Virus record (IMG/VR): IMGVR_UViG_3300027908_000009
Coordinates: 1 to 49,067 of that record
DNA from: a virus
Length of the DNA stretch: 49,067 nucleotides
Reading direction: 5' to 3' (one strand)
Positions 30,558 to 40,714 of this stretch are shown piece after piece. Made by a program: the position numbers and the translations under genes. Each line of letters starts with the position of its first letter. The first letter of the stretch is position 1. The notes under the pieces are model-generated. The model ran no database searches, was not told the origin of the DNA, and saw only the letters and a list, made by a program, of their open reading frames with translations.

Positions 30558-31990
30558 CCTCTCCATTGTGCCTGTAGAAGCATACTGGCCGTTGTGCCGA
30601 TCATTGTTGCTCCACCCGGCGCCACAGCTTGCTCCAATGCGTAAACATTATTTATGCCGAGAGAAGGAGCAGCCGGATATGAGCTTGTCAAGGAAACACT
30701 GATATTCAGTTGGGTTGAAACACCGGATGAGTAACTGCCTTGAACGCCAGCAAATGCAGTTGTGGTATTGTAGCCTAATCCAATAGTCATTCCACACGCC
30801 GTTGCAGCGGCGGTTTGTGCTTTATCATTGTAGGTCAGAGCATAAGGTTCTTCTGCCAATCCGCTGAAAATAACAATCGTATTTGCAGTCGAGCCATTGG
30901 CTTCACGAATCGTTGCCGTCGTATAGCCCCAATTTGCCGTGCTATCCCCGCATTGCACCGTAATAGGTGATCGATTGTAAGCATTCCAAAGTCCCCACTT
31001 TCTGGTCTGTCCCCAACTGACATAACAACTCACTTGGCCATTCGTGGCATCCATGAACATAGAGCCAACATAAGTTGCACGATTGGCAGAGACAGTGGTG
31101 GTCGATCCAGAAGCACCATAAGTCATGGTCATACTGACGGCATTAGTCAGCGTGCCATTCAATCGCGAGAGCGCAGTGCCGCCCGCTCCCGTTCCGCGTG
31201 CACAAGAGCCAGCCGTAACTGAGCCGCCGGAGCCTGCAGCCCAAGACGGGCCACTTCCCAAAGTAACTACGCCACTGAGAGAAAAAATAAACAGATCATA
31301 GATATTGCTCGCCGCATGAGCCGCAACGAGACCAAGTGACAATTCAGAAACAATGCTGCTCGCTATGAAGTTCGTTCCGTTGTAAATCGGCACCAATAAT
31401 CCGGTGTACGGCGTGTAATAAACCGTTGTTGCCGCCGTTACGTCTGCATTGAGAACCGGCGTTTGAGTGGTCAGGGTTAGCCTGCCCTGCGGAGTTGGAA
31501 GCGTTGTACTAGCTCCCGTAGCCGGATTAATCGCCGTCCATACTGCCGTAGTTGATGTTCCAGTGGTCGTGCAGATGTAGAGAATGTCGTTCGTGTAATC
31601 CCATGCCATGCTGGCGGGGATCGTTGCTGAGCCTTGCGTTCCGGCTAGTTGCCCGTTGGGATTGCCGTTGACGCCTTGGACTTGAGCTACTGTGGAATAA
31701 TCAGAACTGTAAACCGGGTCCTGAGTCCATATAGGAGAAGTCGGCGGGTCGGTATCGTTGGCTGGCGCTAGAACAATTTTGTATGGCAAATTGGAAAGAA
31801 AGCACGCTCCGACGCGGCCATTGGAATCCAGCACAATTGGATTTGTGTTAGCAATTGTAAGAGCGGAGTTGGAATACGTGTTTTGTTTGGTAGAAGTACC
31901 TGTGGCGTAGGCGAAAAGCAACGCCCCGGATAATGGCGTGCCTGTGCCGTCGAGGTACTGAATGTCAGGGTTGAACAGACGATTGGCCAT
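30554..31990 (-). CDS. Tail fibre protein
   Basis: The N-terminus IQYLDGTGTPLSGALLFAYATGTSTKQNTYSN...NPIVLDSNGR...YKIVL...IWTQDPV is a common phage fibre N-terminal module from memory. Confidence 0.7.
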   Translation of the reverse strand: MANRLFNPDIQYLDGTGTPLSGALLFAYATGTSTKQNTYSNSALTIANTNPIVLDSNGRVGACFLSNLPYKIVLAPANDTDPPTSPIWTQDPVYSSDYSTVAQVQGVNGNPNGQLAGTQGSATIPASMAWDYTNDILYICTTTGTSTTAVWTAINPATGASTTLPTPQGRLTLTTQTPVLNADVTAATTVYYTPYTGLLVPIYNGTNFIASSIVSELSLGLVAAHAASNIYDLFIFSLSGVVTLGSGPSWAAGSGGSVTAGSCARGTGAGGTALSRLNGTLTNAVSMTMTYGASGSTTTVSANRATYVGSMFMDATNGQVSCYVSWGQTRKWGLWNAYNRSPITVQCGDSTANWGYTTATIREANGSTANTIVIFSGLAEEPYALTYNDKAQTAAATACGMTIGLGYNTTTAFAGVQGSYSSGVSTQLNISVSLTSSYPAAPSLGINNVYALEQAVAPGGATMIGTTASMLLQAQWRG

Positions 31991-32036
31991 TCTGATCTAT
32001 TCCGTTGCCGTCATTCTTTTGGTTTCAATGCCGTGG

Positions 32037-34157
32037 TCATTGCTGTTGATTCTGATTGGCTGTTGCTGGTGCAGCTCCCGTAGGAAACAGTCCATCAAAG
32101 CCAATCCCAAGTGGCTTAAGCTGCCGCGCAAGATTCGTCGTCGCAACGCTCAAAGCTATTCGAGACGGTGGTGAATTTGCCTTGTTGAAGGTGGCTAAAG
32201 CATTCTGAAACTTTTGCACAGCCTCAGTCACCATCGGCATTTGACGAATGATCGCGCGACCATTGCGCCAGTTGTTCAGCATTTCACCACCCTTACCGGA
32301 TATCGTAGCGCCGACGATCTCACCCTCGGTCCCAAATCCCGCATGGTGAGCAATAGCAGCGCCTAGCAAGTAGGAAATGCCGGTGCCGATACGCCGCAGA
32401 ATTGGACCGACAAGAGGCGCCGATCCCGCCGTCATCGTCGCGCCTTTCGGCACTTCCAACTTGCGCATTAGATCGCCATACTTGGCAATTGCCTGACGTT
32501 CTGCTGGCGAGAAAACCGCGTTAGCCATATCGCGGCCATCGGAATTGAGAAACTTGAATATCCGATTGGCGATCATGCCCGGTCCCATTTCGGCTTCGCC
32601 TTCCCCGCGCTCTACGAGACGAGAGAATAGACCTTGCTTGACTGCTGACCATTCGGGCGAGTCCTTACCGAGAATATTCCTAACCCGAGCAGCAACCCCG
32701 ACATTGGTTGAACCCGGATTGGTCCCCGCGCGACCGAATAAAGCGTCAGCAACATCGTTGGGGGTTAGAGGTTCGCCGCCCCGAGGCCCAATAATCTTCT
32801 CTATCTGCTTGCCAACCGTATCGCCTTTATTGGCCGAGAATTTCTTCTTGAATTCCGCCGATGAGGCCCTAGCCTCATTCCAGGCATCTACCGCGTCTGG
32901 ATTGCCCCGAAAGGCCCCAGAATTGACTGCCTGCGTAACATGGTCGTCAAAGGCATCCAGGACGGCGCTGGTAGCCCTTCCGTCAGAGGCGTTATTGGCC
33001 CACGCCCCGCGCCGTAGCTCACTGAGGCGCTTCCTGACCTGTTCCAGACCCTCTAGGGAGACGCCCCTGACTTGGCTTGGATTTGGTGCCCCTGCTGGAT
33101 TAGCCGCATTGGGGATATTGAAATTGGAAGCCTTGTCGATTTCCCCGATAGCCTGATTGGCCCAAGGGGTTAGTTTATCGTCAATAATAACGGGTTCGGG
33201 GCGCCCCGTAAGATCGGTTCGGATCGAACCGCCCATGTTGTGGAAGGCACTGGCATCAATTTCGCCGCCCAAAGCCCGCGCCGTCTGGTATTTATTGGTT
33301 ACAGCGGCCTTCTCGACATTCCGGGCCTGTTGCAAGCCCTGCTGTGCAATGGCGCCAGCATCACGCGGATTTTGCGCTATGTTCTGGTTAAACTGATCGA
33401 AGGACTTGGCTACAACGTCGTTGGCGTTCTGGACTTGCCCCGCCTGCTGAGCATTGAACTGCTTGGCGCGCTCTTGAGCTGCCGTTCCAAGATCGCCCGC
33501 AGCAGCTTTCTGTTCCTGCTTGATAAGACCAAGATTGCCGGTTGATTGACCTTGGGATAACAATACGTCTGGAACAGGCGTAGGAGCAACGCCGATAGGA
33601 CGTGGCCCTAATCCTGGTCTAGCCCCTAACGCCAGTTGCGCGGTATCGGCAACGCCCTTGCCTATGTCATAGAGTTTTGCCGGATCATCCTGCGCCGCCG
33701 TTTCTGGCGCAATTACAGAACCCACTCCATGCAACGCATCTGCAAAAGTATGGCCAATGACTGATCGAACAGTTCCGGTAATAGGCGCCGCTGCCATTCC
33801 CGGAACAGCAAGCAAGCCTTGGCCAGTAGCGGCCAATCCACCGAACTGTGATTCGTGCGCCTTTTGATAATCTTCCGAGAATGGATTTAGACCGGCGTTG
33901 ATAGCTTTGGCGTTTTCACTAACGGCGTTTTTGATTTCCCCCGGAATATCTGCAATTGCAGCAGGCAGGTTACTTCGATCAACCGGAACGGTTCCGCCAG
34001 TTGTTCCCCCTGGATCGCCGCCATTGAGCGGCAATGGATTGGGGCCAACTGTAATTCGCAACGGCGCATGTGGAGTGTCGAATTGGTCGAACGGATTTGC
34101 AACTACTGCGGCTGGCGCTTGAGTATCAAACTGATCGAAGGGATTAGTGTCAGCCAT
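32037..34157 (-). CDS. Internal virion or ejection protein (large)
   Basis: 706 aa with a duplicated N-terminal NPFDQFDT motif. It lies in the block of Gly/Gln-rich proteins before the fibre. No enzymatic motif was recognised. Confidence 0.5.
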   Translation of the reverse strand: MADTNPFDQFDTQAPAAVVANPFDQFDTPHAPLRITVGPNPLPLNGGDPGGTTGGTVPVDRSNLPAAIADIPGEIKNAVSENAKAINAGLNPFSEDYQKAHESQFGGLAATGQGLLAVPGMAAAPITGTVRSVIGHTFADALHGVGSVIAPETAAQDDPAKLYDIGKGVADTAQLALGARPGLGPRPIGVAPTPVPDVLLSQGQSTGNLGLIKQEQKAAAGDLGTAAQERAKQFNAQQAGQVQNANDVVAKSFDQFNQNIAQNPRDAGAIAQQGLQQARNVEKAAVTNKYQTARALGGEIDASAFHNMGGSIRTDLTGRPEPVIIDDKLTPWANQAIGEIDKASNFNIPNAANPAGAPNPSQVRGVSLEGLEQVRKRLSELRRGAWANNASDGRATSAVLDAFDDHVTQAVNSGAFRGNPDAVDAWNEARASSAEFKKKFSANKGDTVGKQIEKIIGPRGGEPLTPNDVADALFGRAGTNPGSTNVGVAARVRNILGKDSPEWSAVKQGLFSRLVERGEGEAEMGPGMIANRIFKFLNSDGRDMANAVFSPAERQAIAKYGDLMRKLEVPKGATMTAGSAPLVGPILRRIGTGISYLLGAAIAHHAGFGTEGEIVGATISGKGGEMLNNWRNGRAIIRQMPMVTEAVQKFQNALATFNKANSPPSRIALSVATTNLARQLKPLGIGFDGLFPTGAAPATANQNQQQ

Positions 34158-35590
34158 CAGTTGCCCAACAGGAACCGCGAGATATTCTCACCGCCGCCGT
34201 ACTTGGCATCGAATTGCGGGGCAAGCTTTGGGTCTTTACGAAGCATATCAACTGCCGCCTTTGGCGCCTGTATCACGCGATTATAGTTCTGCACATACTC
34301 GGATGGCGGGTGTTGCTGATTGAAAGAAATCTGCGCTTCGCCTGGCGTCATGTTAGGATTGTCTTTCACATATTGATTGACAAACTTTCCGTAGTCCTTG
34401 TCGCGTTGTGCAGCCACCATGAGAGAGGTCATGATCTTGTGGTTGCCTTCCGGTGACATTTCGATACCGGGCTGGACACCGATGGACTGCTGAACGATCA
34501 TAGCAGCCTCGCGACTGCCAAGTGTTTTCGCGAGATCAAAGCCGAGTTTCGTTGTGCCTTTCTGAGCCGCTTCGCCGGCCGCAACTTTCGACGGATCAAA
34601 TATCGGCTGACCACCTGCCGCCTGAACGGCAGTATTCACAGTCTTGGCAAGTGCAAGTCTCGTTCCAGCATCCTTACCCGTCGTCCAGTATCCGCCTGCG
34701 GGAAGCTGATCTAAGTTGTTTTGCAGGGTAAGCAAGCCAGATTGAACATTACCGGCAGTCTTATAAGCCTCGTTGGCTTCGCCTACGTCTTTGACGTTCT
34801 GACCGGCAAATCCTTCTTGAGTTTTGACTGCGCCGGGAGACATTGCGGGACGACCGCCAATTCCTGGTCCCAATTGCGCCGACGCCGGAGCCTGCGGCGT
34901 ATTCCCCGTTGTCCCGCTAAGTCTGCCGAGCGGTGTAGAAAGCTGGCTCGTGGCATCTGTAGCCTCTTGTTTGACGGCATCGGCTGGCGGCAATGCAGCC
35001 GCGATCATGTTCTTGGCGACTTGTTGGCGCTCCGCTGGCGTCTTGGCCGCCTGTATCTGTGCCCATCCCTGCGGCGATACATGACCTTTCAATTGAGTGG
35101 CTTGTGTATTCCAATTGTCATCGCTGGTATCAGTGAGCATGGATTGTGCAACACCGCCGCGAAACTGCATGTCCTTTTGTGCTTTGTCAGTTTGAAGAAC
35201 CTGATTTGTCACGCCAAGATTGGCAGTCTCTTGCCGGTTTCGCGCAGCACCAGTCAATTGTTCATATGCCTGTGGCGCAAGACCGCCCGGAGTTGCCGCC
35301 GCCGCTTTCTGTTGAAGAAACAGGTTTTGTAGTTGCGATGCACCCTCTGGATTGCCGCCACCACCTAAGTAAGCCCCGACAGGATCGGCGCCTTGCTGAT
35401 AAGCCTGAGAGGCAGCAAGTAACGCATTGTATTGCCGCGTCTGCTGTAGAGCCTGAACTTGTGCAAGACTTGTCTGCGCTTGCGAACGCTGAATCTCCGC
35501 AGCCTGCGATAATGTCTGGACAAAGTTCGGCTGTTGTACTGGCGCGGGAGGCTGAATCTGTGCGGCAATAGCAGGGTTGTAATCGGGCAA
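34157..35590 (-). CDS. Internal virion protein (Gln/Ala-rich)
   Basis: 477 aa with low-complexity Q/A/G composition. Start and stop are coupled to the neighbours. Confidence 0.5.
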   Translation of the reverse strand: MPDYNPAIAAQIQPPAPVQQPNFVQTLSQAAEIQRSQAQTSLAQVQALQQTRQYNALLAASQAYQQGADPVGAYLGGGGNPEGASQLQNLFLQQKAAAATPGGLAPQAYEQLTGAARNRQETANLGVTNQVLQTDKAQKDMQFRGGVAQSMLTDTSDDNWNTQATQLKGHVSPQGWAQIQAAKTPAERQQVAKNMIAAALPPADAVKQEATDATSQLSTPLGRLSGTTGNTPQAPASAQLGPGIGGRPAMSPGAVKTQEGFAGQNVKDVGEANEAYKTAGNVQSGLLTLQNNLDQLPAGGYWTTGKDAGTRLALAKTVNTAVQAAGGQPIFDPSKVAAGEAAQKGTTKLGFDLAKTLGSREAAMIVQQSIGVQPGIEMSPEGNHKIMTSLMVAAQRDKDYGKFVNQYVKDNPNMTPGEAQISFNQQHPPSEYVQNYNRVIQAPKAAVDMLRKDPKLAPQFDAKYGGGENISRFLLGN

Positions 35591-35593
35591 CGG

Positions 35594-36328
35594 TTATCCC
35601 CACGGTGTAGGAGTATATGGAGCGGATGGCGTGCCCCATTGATAAGAACTCGGACTTGCAGATGAGGAACCAATATTCGGCGCTTTCCCGAGTGCGCTGG
35701 CGAGAAGCAGACTATTGGCTGATCCACTCAGTGCACTTCCAACACCAGATGCGGCACTCCCAAGTGCATTTGCACTACCAATAATCCCCGATGCCTGAGA
35801 TTGACCGATGGAGCCTATCGTATTCGCCGCTGCGTTTGCGCCACTCACACCAGCTTGAGCCGAACTCGCGCCCAATTGAGAAAGCCCCATGAGTCGATTG
35901 AAATAGTTTCCAAACTGTTGAGTTGCCAAGCCTTGATTGAATGTCGAAGCTGCCGCTAGACCGGCACCTGAGCCACCAAGCCCTTCCGCATTCTGATAGT
36001 TCACAAGGCCAGCCTGTCCCTGTTGCTGCGCAAATTGATAATCTGGCGAATTAAAGAACTGCGAAAAATTGCTAGGTGCATTTGTTTGCTGACCGTTGGC
36101 ACCAATACCATACAAACTACCGAGCGTATAGTTTGCCCCAGAGCCAACATTAATCCAAGGATTAAGATTGCCTAATGCCTGCTGCTGCAGCGCAAGAGCC
36201 TGCTGTTCTTCCCCAACCTGAGCCTGCGATGCTTTACTGGCGGCGTTGGACTGTTCCAAACCGCTGAAGATTGATGCACCACCGCCTATAAGAGCACTTC
36301 CACCAATGGCCGCTGCTATGTAAGACAC
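35594..36328 (-). CDS. Internal virion protein (Gly/Ser/Ala/Gln-rich)
   Basis: 244 aa, with a composition typical of podovirus internal or ejection proteins. Confidence 0.5.
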   Translation of the reverse strand: MSYIAAAIGGSALIGGGASIFSGLEQSNAASKASQAQVGEEQQALALQQQALGNLNPWINVGSGANYTLGSLYGIGANGQQTNAPSNFSQFFNSPDYQFAQQQGQAGLVNYQNAEGLGGSGAGLAAASTFNQGLATQQFGNYFNRLMGLSQLGASSAQAGVSGANAAANTIGSIGQSQASGIIGSANALGSAASGVGSALSGSANSLLLASALGKAPNIGSSSASPSSYQWGTPSAPYTPTPWG

Positions 36329-36780
36329 TTTTGCGCCTCTTTGAATTCCAGATATTCCTTGTCCGTAGCCACCGTAAACAGTTCTTCAATCTTATCCGGA
36401 TCGGTTTCATCAGTATGCAAGATGGTTGTCCATGTGCATTCAGTGTGAGCGTAGGCAATGCGTTTCGTTCCAGGAGGCGATACGACAGTAAATGGCGCCC
36501 TCACTCTGACAACTCCATTCTCCGTCAGCACTGAAATCTCCCCACCTGAAAGGATATTAAGTTGCGCATATTTATGAACTCGGCCCGTCAATAGAGTATC
36601 CGCAGGAATGGTAATCTCGCGCGCATAAACACCCGGCGAAAAGTAATGCTTGATCGGTATCTCTCGCTGCGGATGCTTGTACATTTCCGCTTCGAGAAAG
36701 TTGACCTTATCTCGCGTTGAAAATGTAGCCAACTTATCTGACAACAAAGCCACCTGCATTTGAGTTGAGCGAATCCACAT
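36316..36780 (-). CDS. Hypothetical beta-barrel (cupin-like) virion-module protein
   Basis: HYFSPGVYAREITIPADTLLTGRVHKY..NILSGGEISVL has a cupin-like strand pattern. The match is weak. Confidence 0.4.
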   Translation of the reverse strand: MWIRSTQMQVALLSDKLATFSTRDKVNFLEAEMYKHPQREIPIKHYFSPGVYAREITIPADTLLTGRVHKYAQLNILSGGEISVLTENGVVRVRAPFTVVSPPGTKRIAYAHTECTWTTILHTDETDPDKIEELFTVATDKEYLEFKEAQKCLT

Positions 36781-37213
36781 AGGTCAGCCAGTATTGTCTG
36801 CCGGCAACAATATCTCCGTTTCCAGCCTGCGTACCGCCGTTATTCTTATAGACATTCAGAGTAGCGAGCGCGGTTAGATTATTGTTCACCGTCGTCATCA
36901 CCACCGCGCTAACGTTTCCCGTAGTCGAAGCATCCGCAACAAATCCAAAATCGTCATAGTCGGCATATTGGTTCAACGATGGCTGCACCGATAGCAATGT
37001 GAGCGTTATCACGTTGCTGCTTGTCGAGGCATTCGCAGGAAACCTCCGGCACATGTTCACGACATAATCGTGCATCTGCTGTAGGGCTAGGCGGCCAGTA
37101 TTCGATAGCTTTGGTTGAAACGTAGCAGAATTGCCGGTATTCTGCGTAATGAAACTCTGGCTTGCCGCCGTAGGCGAAACAATCGGAGTGGGGATGGCAC
37201 TCGCTGGAATCAT
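36734..37213 (-). CDS. Hypothetical structural protein
   Basis: 159-aa ORF, coupled to its neighbours. Confidence 0.45.
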   Translation of the reverse strand: MIPASAIPTPIVSPTAASQSFITQNTGNSATFQPKLSNTGRLALQQMHDYVVNMCRRFPANASTSSNVITLTLLSVQPSLNQYADYDDFGFVADASTTGNVSAVVMTTVNNNLTALATLNVYKNNGGTQAGNGDIVAGRQYWLTYVDSLNSNAGGFVVR

Positions 37214-38625
37214 AGCATCCCAACCTCAATATCAGCCCGAGCCGCGATTACAACGCGCGGCACAGGATCGGAGATTGAAACACGATAGCGCCTATCCCTC
37301 GATTGACCAAGAATGCCGGGCCAGCGAACGCGGGTTTTATATGCTCCTATTTTTCCCAATGATCGCCATGTCTGAGGGATGGTGAAAGTCCTTCCCCCGT
37401 CATCCGACCAGTCCAGCATCACTTGCGGATTAGAGCCGGGATCGACTGTATTTCCAACGCCGGTTTCCATGTCCAACTCGAAATTGGAATGGAACACCCG
37501 CATCCTATCGCTATTGATCGAAGGTGCGACCATGCGGGAAACCATCGTATTCCCGTACTCGGTAAACACGGTCTTATCGATGAAGCCTATCTGTCCAGAA
37601 TAGGCATCGCCGACTAGGATTTTGTTGTAGCAGCTTGCAACACATGAAGCGCGCCAACGTCCGTAGGAGTTGCCAAACTGATCCCGCGAGTTCCTGATGT
37701 GCCAAAAGTTCGTTGCAATATCGAATATCCAAGTCGCGTTTGCGCTAGGAAAAGTGAGAACTATGAACTTGTGACCTTCATATGTGAACGAGAACGTATA
37801 GGCATCGGAAACCGTCGTATATGATCGCCACGAATCTTCCTCCGCATGAGTGGAAACCCTGCGAGGAATGAAATTATCCAGGCGATAGAAGATAAGATCG
37901 TCGCCGAGAAAGAATACCGAGTTGTCCTCTTTGACTACCGCCTGACCGGCAACACAACCACGCTCGACTGTGGCTCCATCAATCCTCTGGAACGGAAAGA
38001 TAGGCGTTCCAGCATCGTACCATGTCTCGATATGGTTGGTGCAGAACAGCAGAGCGTTCTCTTGCTGATTTGCCAATCCAAGCACAAACCCCGGAGAGAC
38101 TTCGGCAGATGCAAACGCAAGTCCATTATACGTCGTACCGTCGAGAGAATTGGAAATGAACCACTGATTGTTTGCTACGTTGTTCAGAACGAAAACGTTA
38201 TCGAAGAACGTTATCGCAGACGCCGCGTGGAAATTCGGATCGGTGACAACCTGAAATCCGGTACTCTGCGCCCACACATAGCCGTTGACGCCATTGACGA
38301 ACATGACCTGCGTGCCGTTATTGCTGCTCGGCACATAACCAGAACCGCTGATCTGTCCTCCCAAAACCGTTCCTACACCGGCAGAACTGACGCTGTAGAG
38401 CGTACCACCTGATAGTACATACGGCACCCCGCCCATCACATTCATGGCACGGATGGGACCGGAGCCGAGTGTCGCAAAGCTGGTCAAGCCAGGTGCGGGG
38501 AAGATTGCCACTTCGCTCTTGGCGTCCTGTGGTTCTTTCTCTGCGAATGCGTTCTCCATGCGCTGTGACTGCACAGGCAACGATTGTGAGACTGCCTGGT
38601 TAGTGGCGAAGGGAACATTGACCAT
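37210..38625 (-). CDS. Tail tubular or 'stabilisation'-type beta-propeller-like structural protein
   Basis: 471 aa with repeated G-x-Y-V/L-x-G-G-x-L-Y-like blades. Its size and position match podovirus nozzle or tubular B proteins. The family is recalled loosely. Confidence 0.45.
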   Translation of the reverse strand: MVNVPFATNQAVSQSLPVQSQRMENAFAEKEPQDAKSEVAIFPAPGLTSFATLGSGPIRAMNVMGGVPYVLSGGTLYSVSSAGVGTVLGGQISGSGYVPSSNNGTQVMFVNGVNGYVWAQSTGFQVVTDPNFHAASAITFFDNVFVLNNVANNQWFISNSLDGTTYNGLAFASAEVSPGFVLGLANQQENALLFCTNHIETWYDAGTPIFPFQRIDGATVERGCVAGQAVVKEDNSVFFLGDDLIFYRLDNFIPRRVSTHAEEDSWRSYTTVSDAYTFSFTYEGHKFIVLTFPSANATWIFDIATNFWHIRNSRDQFGNSYGRWRASCVASCYNKILVGDAYSGQIGFIDKTVFTEYGNTMVSRMVAPSINSDRMRVFHSNFELDMETGVGNTVDPGSNPQVMLDWSDDGGRTFTIPQTWRSLGKIGAYKTRVRWPGILGQSRDRRYRVSISDPVPRVVIAARADIEVGML

Positions 38626-39593
38626 TAGTATGGGCTCGTTTGATCGGTATCAACGCCGAACAAATATGACTCTGGTTCGCGATCAAAAGACGAAACAATA
38701 TCAAATGCCGCGGATGCCTGTTCTTGTACCATTTGAAAACGCGCTGGTGGACAAGAACACTCCGGGGCCATCTTCACAGCTAGTCCCCAAATCAGAAAGT
38801 CTAGCCATTCCTGCGGGAGATCGGGAGTATTCCCCGGAGTGGAAAAGTCCTGAATCTGGCGCCACCATGTGAACTTGAGCGCATTATTGACCGATGAAGG
38901 CGCCGGCCAAATCCACATAACGCCTTGCGTGTTGGCACCACCGCGAGGGTCGTAGAAGAACTGTGTCAAAACCCCGAGGTTGCTCTTGTTCGGCTGATTC
39001 CGGTAGTCGATCCGCGACATCTGGATCATCTGCGTATCGATCTGCCCATTGAAGGCAAATCGCCTGCCAGAAACAACACGTAACGGTCTTACGATCTGTG
39101 TTTGATAGACAAACACATAATTGGTAGCCGCCGCAGGGCCGGGAAGCGGCGTTGTAAGATTGATTGTAGTGCCAGACAGAGCGCCGCTTTCCTTCGACCA
39201 CGCAATGGCCCCGGAATTGAGTACCACGCCGACATAGTAGTTGGCCGCGAAACCAGTAGTCGATACCACATTGATTGAGGTCGCGCCTTGAGCGGCGGCG
39301 GCGTTCAATGTCGTCTGATTATAGTTCGTCCAGGCGCAGTTGTCGGTTGTCGTTCCGCCGAGCGTATATGAGAACTGTCCAGGTTGAAGGAACAGCGTTG
39401 CTTCTTCTTCCGTCCATAGATGCAGCCCGGTTGCGTCTAGAGACTTGATGAGAACATTAAGCTGATTGGAAAACGCCGTATATGCGCCCGCGCTTAGGGT
39501 TTCTTCGAACGAGATAAAGCCTAACTTTCGCGCGCTGGCATAGATAATCTGGAATTGAGTTTCGTTGTAAGTATCTACGCCCGATGTGGTCAT
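38625..39593 (-). CDS. Tail adaptor or tubular-A-like structural protein
   Basis: 322 aa lying directly upstream of the 471-aa protein. The start and stop share a base. Confidence 0.4.
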   Translation of the reverse strand: MTTSGVDTYNETQFQIIYASARKLGFISFEETLSAGAYTAFSNQLNVLIKSLDATGLHLWTEEEATLFLQPGQFSYTLGGTTTDNCAWTNYNQTTLNAAAAQGATSINVVSTTGFAANYYVGVVLNSGAIAWSKESGALSGTTINLTTPLPGPAAATNYVFVYQTQIVRPLRVVSGRRFAFNGQIDTQMIQMSRIDYRNQPNKSNLGVLTQFFYDPRGGANTQGVMWIWPAPSSVNNALKFTWWRQIQDFSTPGNTPDLPQEWLDFLIWGLAVKMAPECSCPPARFQMVQEQASAAFDIVSSFDREPESYLFGVDTDQTSPY

Positions 39594-40021
39594 TGGATAT
39601 TGCTAGGGAATTGCGAGGTATCGACGGGAGGAACCGGCGTAGTCCCATAGACAAGCCATCCTGCCGTTCCACCTGTGTTTTGGTAATTGGATTCCGAATT
39701 GATGCCGGGATCGACCGCGCCAGTGCTTTGCAGCACCAGGAACGTTCCGGCCTTCATCCCGTTGTTGTTGTAGCAGTAGAAGCGGGCGCCATTTGGTTCA
39801 AGCTCGATGAATGTGTTAGGTTGACGTGGACGTGCCTCCGGCACTGTCTGGTCATCCTTGACACCCTTAACAAAATCTTGCGGCTGGCGCGCTTCCCATA
39901 CCTGACGCTCAACGATATAGCCCTGCCATTCCTTCTGGGTCTTGTAAGAGCGGACTTTAAAGCCTGTCCTATCCGAAATTCTCCAAAACGTTCCTGGAAC
40001 GTAAAATCGGTCTTGCGGCAC
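39590..40021 (-). CDS. Hypothetical conserved virion-module protein
   Basis: 143 aa. The motif WEARQPQDFVKGVKDDQ is recalled from other podophage structural clusters. Confidence 0.45.
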   Translation of the reverse strand: MPQDRFYVPGTFWRISDRTGFKVRSYKTQKEWQGYIVERQVWEARQPQDFVKGVKDDQTVPEARPRQPNTFIELEPNGARFYCYNNNGMKAGTFLVLQSTGAVDPGINSESNYQNTGGTAGWLVYGTTPVPPVDTSQFPSNIQ

Positions 40022-40069
40022 TGGCTATTATATCCTATTCTATAGCTTGTTGACCCAACGAGGTTTCAT

Positions 40070-40696
40070 ATGGCCTATATTGGCACTCGATCTGGCAGAT
40101 GGCTGGTAATAAACGAACCCAGCATTCCTATGTATGAACGCGGACGCGACCGAGGCGCATTATGCCGTTGCGATTGTGGTACCGAACGCATTGTCGCGAT
40201 CCGCTGCATTATACGCGGGTACACAAAGTCCTGTGGATGTGCCTCTAGAGAAGCATCTTCTATTCGCAATAGAACGCATGGAGCCCATAAAACCAAACTT
40301 TATGGAGTATGGCGAAGCATGAAAGAACGCTGTCAAAACCCCAAGTCTAGCCATTACCCTAGATACGGCGGTCGAGGTATCAAAGTGTGCAAACGCTGGC
40401 AAAAGTTTATTGCCTTTCAGGCCGATAATCAACACCTTTACAAAGATGGCCTGACACTAGATCGAAGAAACAACAACGGCCACTATTCACCCCACAATTG
40501 TCGCTGGGTGCCGATGTCTGTCCAATTTGTTAATCGTAGCGACAACCATTTTCTATCCTTTGCAGGCGAGCGTCTGACTATTTCCCAATGGGCCCTAAAG
40601 GTAGGAATTAAGGAAATTACACTTCGCAAGCGCATTCATGCGGGCTGGAATACTAAAAAAGCCCTAACCTTTCCAGTCCGCCAGTATGGAACGTAG
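40070..40696 (+). mobile_element. Intact free-standing homing-endonuclease-like gene, opposite in strand to the structural operon
   Basis: 208 aa with CDCG, TKSCGC, THG, LYGVWRSMKERCQNP, YGGRGIKVCKRW, YSPHNCRW. The segment is AT-richer and lies in an intergenic gap of a minus-strand operon. Confidence 0.5.
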
Positions 40697-40714
40697 TGCT
40701 TGTCTCGCCCCATG

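Noticed and set aside
30252-30566. 104-aa minus-strand ORF between the fibre and endolysin genes.
   Set aside because: Only the first 22 or so codons are meaningful (the lysin-start relic). The rest is the antisense shadow of the endonuclease-like gene.
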